25,453 nucleotides of DNA, taken from positions 5,974-31,426 of the forward strand of contig CAYGKI010000002.1 in NCBI GenBank assembly GCA_964350235.1, in the 5' to 3' direction. The notes below the pieces were generated by a model, which saw only the letters and a list, made by a program, of their open reading frames with translations, was not told where the DNA came from and made no database searches. The position numbers were made by a program, and so were the translations under genes. This DNA is from an uncultured Gemmatimonadaceae bacterium (GTDB lineage: Bacteria; Gemmatimonadota; Gemmatimonadetes; Longimicrobiales; Gaopeijiaceae). This document shows positions 24,224-25,453 of the stretch, piece after piece. Position 1 is the stretch's first letter; every line of letters starts with the position of its first letter.

Positions 24224-25453
24224 TCAGTTGAAGCTGCGTCGCGGCGGCCGGCACTGGGGCCAGCTGGCGGGGGTCCCCGGCGGCGGGTCGCTGGGCAGAA
24301 CGCGGGTATCGCTGGGCACCCGCTCCGGATCCTCCGAGGCCATGTAGGCCAGCATGGCCGCGAGCGTCGCGTTGTTCCTGAGATCCGCGAACACGATCTT
24401 GTCGAACGTGTCCAGGTTCGTATGCCACGTGTACTGGCGGTAATCGGGGTAGCTGGACTGGAGGCGGAAGCCGGGCGCGGGCACACAGATGAACGACATG
24501 TGGTCGCTCCCCCCCACCTCCGGCACCCCGGGGATGTCCAGCTCGATATGCTGGGTGATCTCACCCGGGATCTTGGAGAACCAGCGCGCGAAGTGGGGTC
24601 CGGCGCCCGTGAACCCCTGCATCCTTATGAAGTCGATGCGCCACGTGCCGTTGTCCTGGTTGAACGCCGCCTGAAGGCCGTCCACCACCGCCGGGTTGTC
24701 CGCGGCGAAGGCCGTGGACCCGATGAGCCCCTGCTCCTCACCACCCCAATGCCCCACGAGAATGGTGCGGCGAGGATTCGGGTAGGTCTCCCGGAGGATC
24801 CGCATGGCCTCGAGCATCATGACCGTGCCCGTGCCGTTGTCGGTGGCTCCGGACGCGCCGTCCCACGAGTCCAGGTGGGCGCTGAGCACCACGTACTCGT
24901 CGGGGAGCTCCGTTCCGGGAATCCGGCCCACCACGTTGAACGCCGGCACGTCCCCAAGGAACTCGGCTCTGGCGTCCACCCGAATGCGCGGCCCCTGGCC
25001 ACGCTCCGCCATCCGTGCCACCAGTCCGTAGTCCTCACATGCCAGATGCAGACCCGGGATGGATCGAGAAGGAGCGCTGAAGATCTTGTCCGCGCCCCAG
25101 CCCTCGGACCACCGGCTGGTGACGAAGCCAAGCGCGCCTGCGGCCTCGATGCGCTGGACGTACTCCGGGCCGATGGCCCGAAGGGACTGCTGCCAGGCCG
25201 CCCGGCCACGGGCACGGGCGTCGCTCATCTCCTGGAATGCTTCCTCGGTGGCCCACTCCTCCCAGGACTCGTCGGGCCGACACGTGGGCTCGGGGAGGGA
25301 AATGGCCACCATGCGGCCTTCCACCCCGGGCAGCCACGCCTCGAACTCGGCGCTCGTAGAGAACCGGGGCATGAGCACGACCTCCGCCTCGACGGGTCCA
25401 TCCGTGCCGGCGCTCCACGCCAACATCATCCCCTCGAGGGTACGGACACGAGG
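24224..25453 (-). CDS. M28-family zinc peptidase (PA domain, carboxypeptidase Q-like); 5' part lies outside the window
   Basis: SAHLDSW, GATDNGTG, GEEQGLIGS, NQDNG, GGSDHMSF, YTWHTNLDT. The frame stays open to the window edge (PRVRTLEG precedes the track's MML), so the start is outside. Confidence 0.92.
   Translation of the reverse strand, partial: PRVRTLEGMMLAWSAGTDGPVEAEVVLMPRFSTSAEFEAWLPGVEGRMVAISLPEPTCRPDESWEEWATEEAFQEMSDARARGRAAWQQSLRAIGPEYVQRIEAAGALGFVTSRWSEGWGADKIFSAPSRSIPGLHLACEDYGLVARMAERGQGPRIRVDARAEFLGDVPAFNVVGRIPGTELPDEYVVLSAHLDSWDGASGATDNGTGTVMMLEAMRILRETYPNPRRTILVGHWGGEEQGLIGSTAFAADNPAVVDGLQAAFNQDNGTWRIDFIRMQGFTGAGPHFARWFSKIPGEITQHIELDIPGVPEVGGSDHMSFICVPAPGFRLQSSYPDYRQYTWHTNLDTFDKIVFADLRNNATLAAMLAYMASEDPERVPSDTRVLPSDPPPGTPASWPQCRPPRRSFN

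Noticed and set aside
1-25453. CRISPR array, transposase/integrase, prophage, rRNA or tRNA
   Set aside because: No regularly spaced direct repeats, recombinase or transposase motifs, terminal inverted repeats or structural-RNA signatures seen; composition looks uniform apart from short promoter patches.

Overview
High-GC (roughly 70% by eye) chromosomal window from a diderm bacterium. The gene style suggests Gemmatimonadota, which is an impression only. It is densely coding, with no rRNA, tRNA, CRISPR array or mobile element that I can support. Left to right: (1) speA, cut by the window edge, divergent from an OxyR-type LysR regulator, with a promoter, operator and a structured, terminated ~160-nt RNA candidate between them; (2) a hypothetical protein and a secreted beta-barrel-like protein; (3) a minus-strand metal-uptake module of a RAPP-motif leader protein (DUF2946/CruR-like), a ZnuD-like TonB-dependent receptor and a His/acid-rich lipoprotein; (4) a large NAD-glutamate dehydrogenase translationally coupled to four minor pilins (fimT-pilV-pilW-pilX); (5) a YhaO/YhaN (SbcD/SbcC-like) nuclease-ATPase pair coupled to an alpha/beta hydrolase; (6) a minus-strand M28 peptidase (cut by the window edge), a GGQ-less aeRF1/pelota-like protein (Balon-like candidate) and a P2-type ATPase. 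The best leads are the His-rich, non-CxxC RAPP leader with a switch-like RNA spacer before the receptor, the oxyR/oxyS-like arrangement, and the Balon-like factor coupled to a P2 ATPase. All calls come from reading motifs by eye; no searches or folding programs were run.
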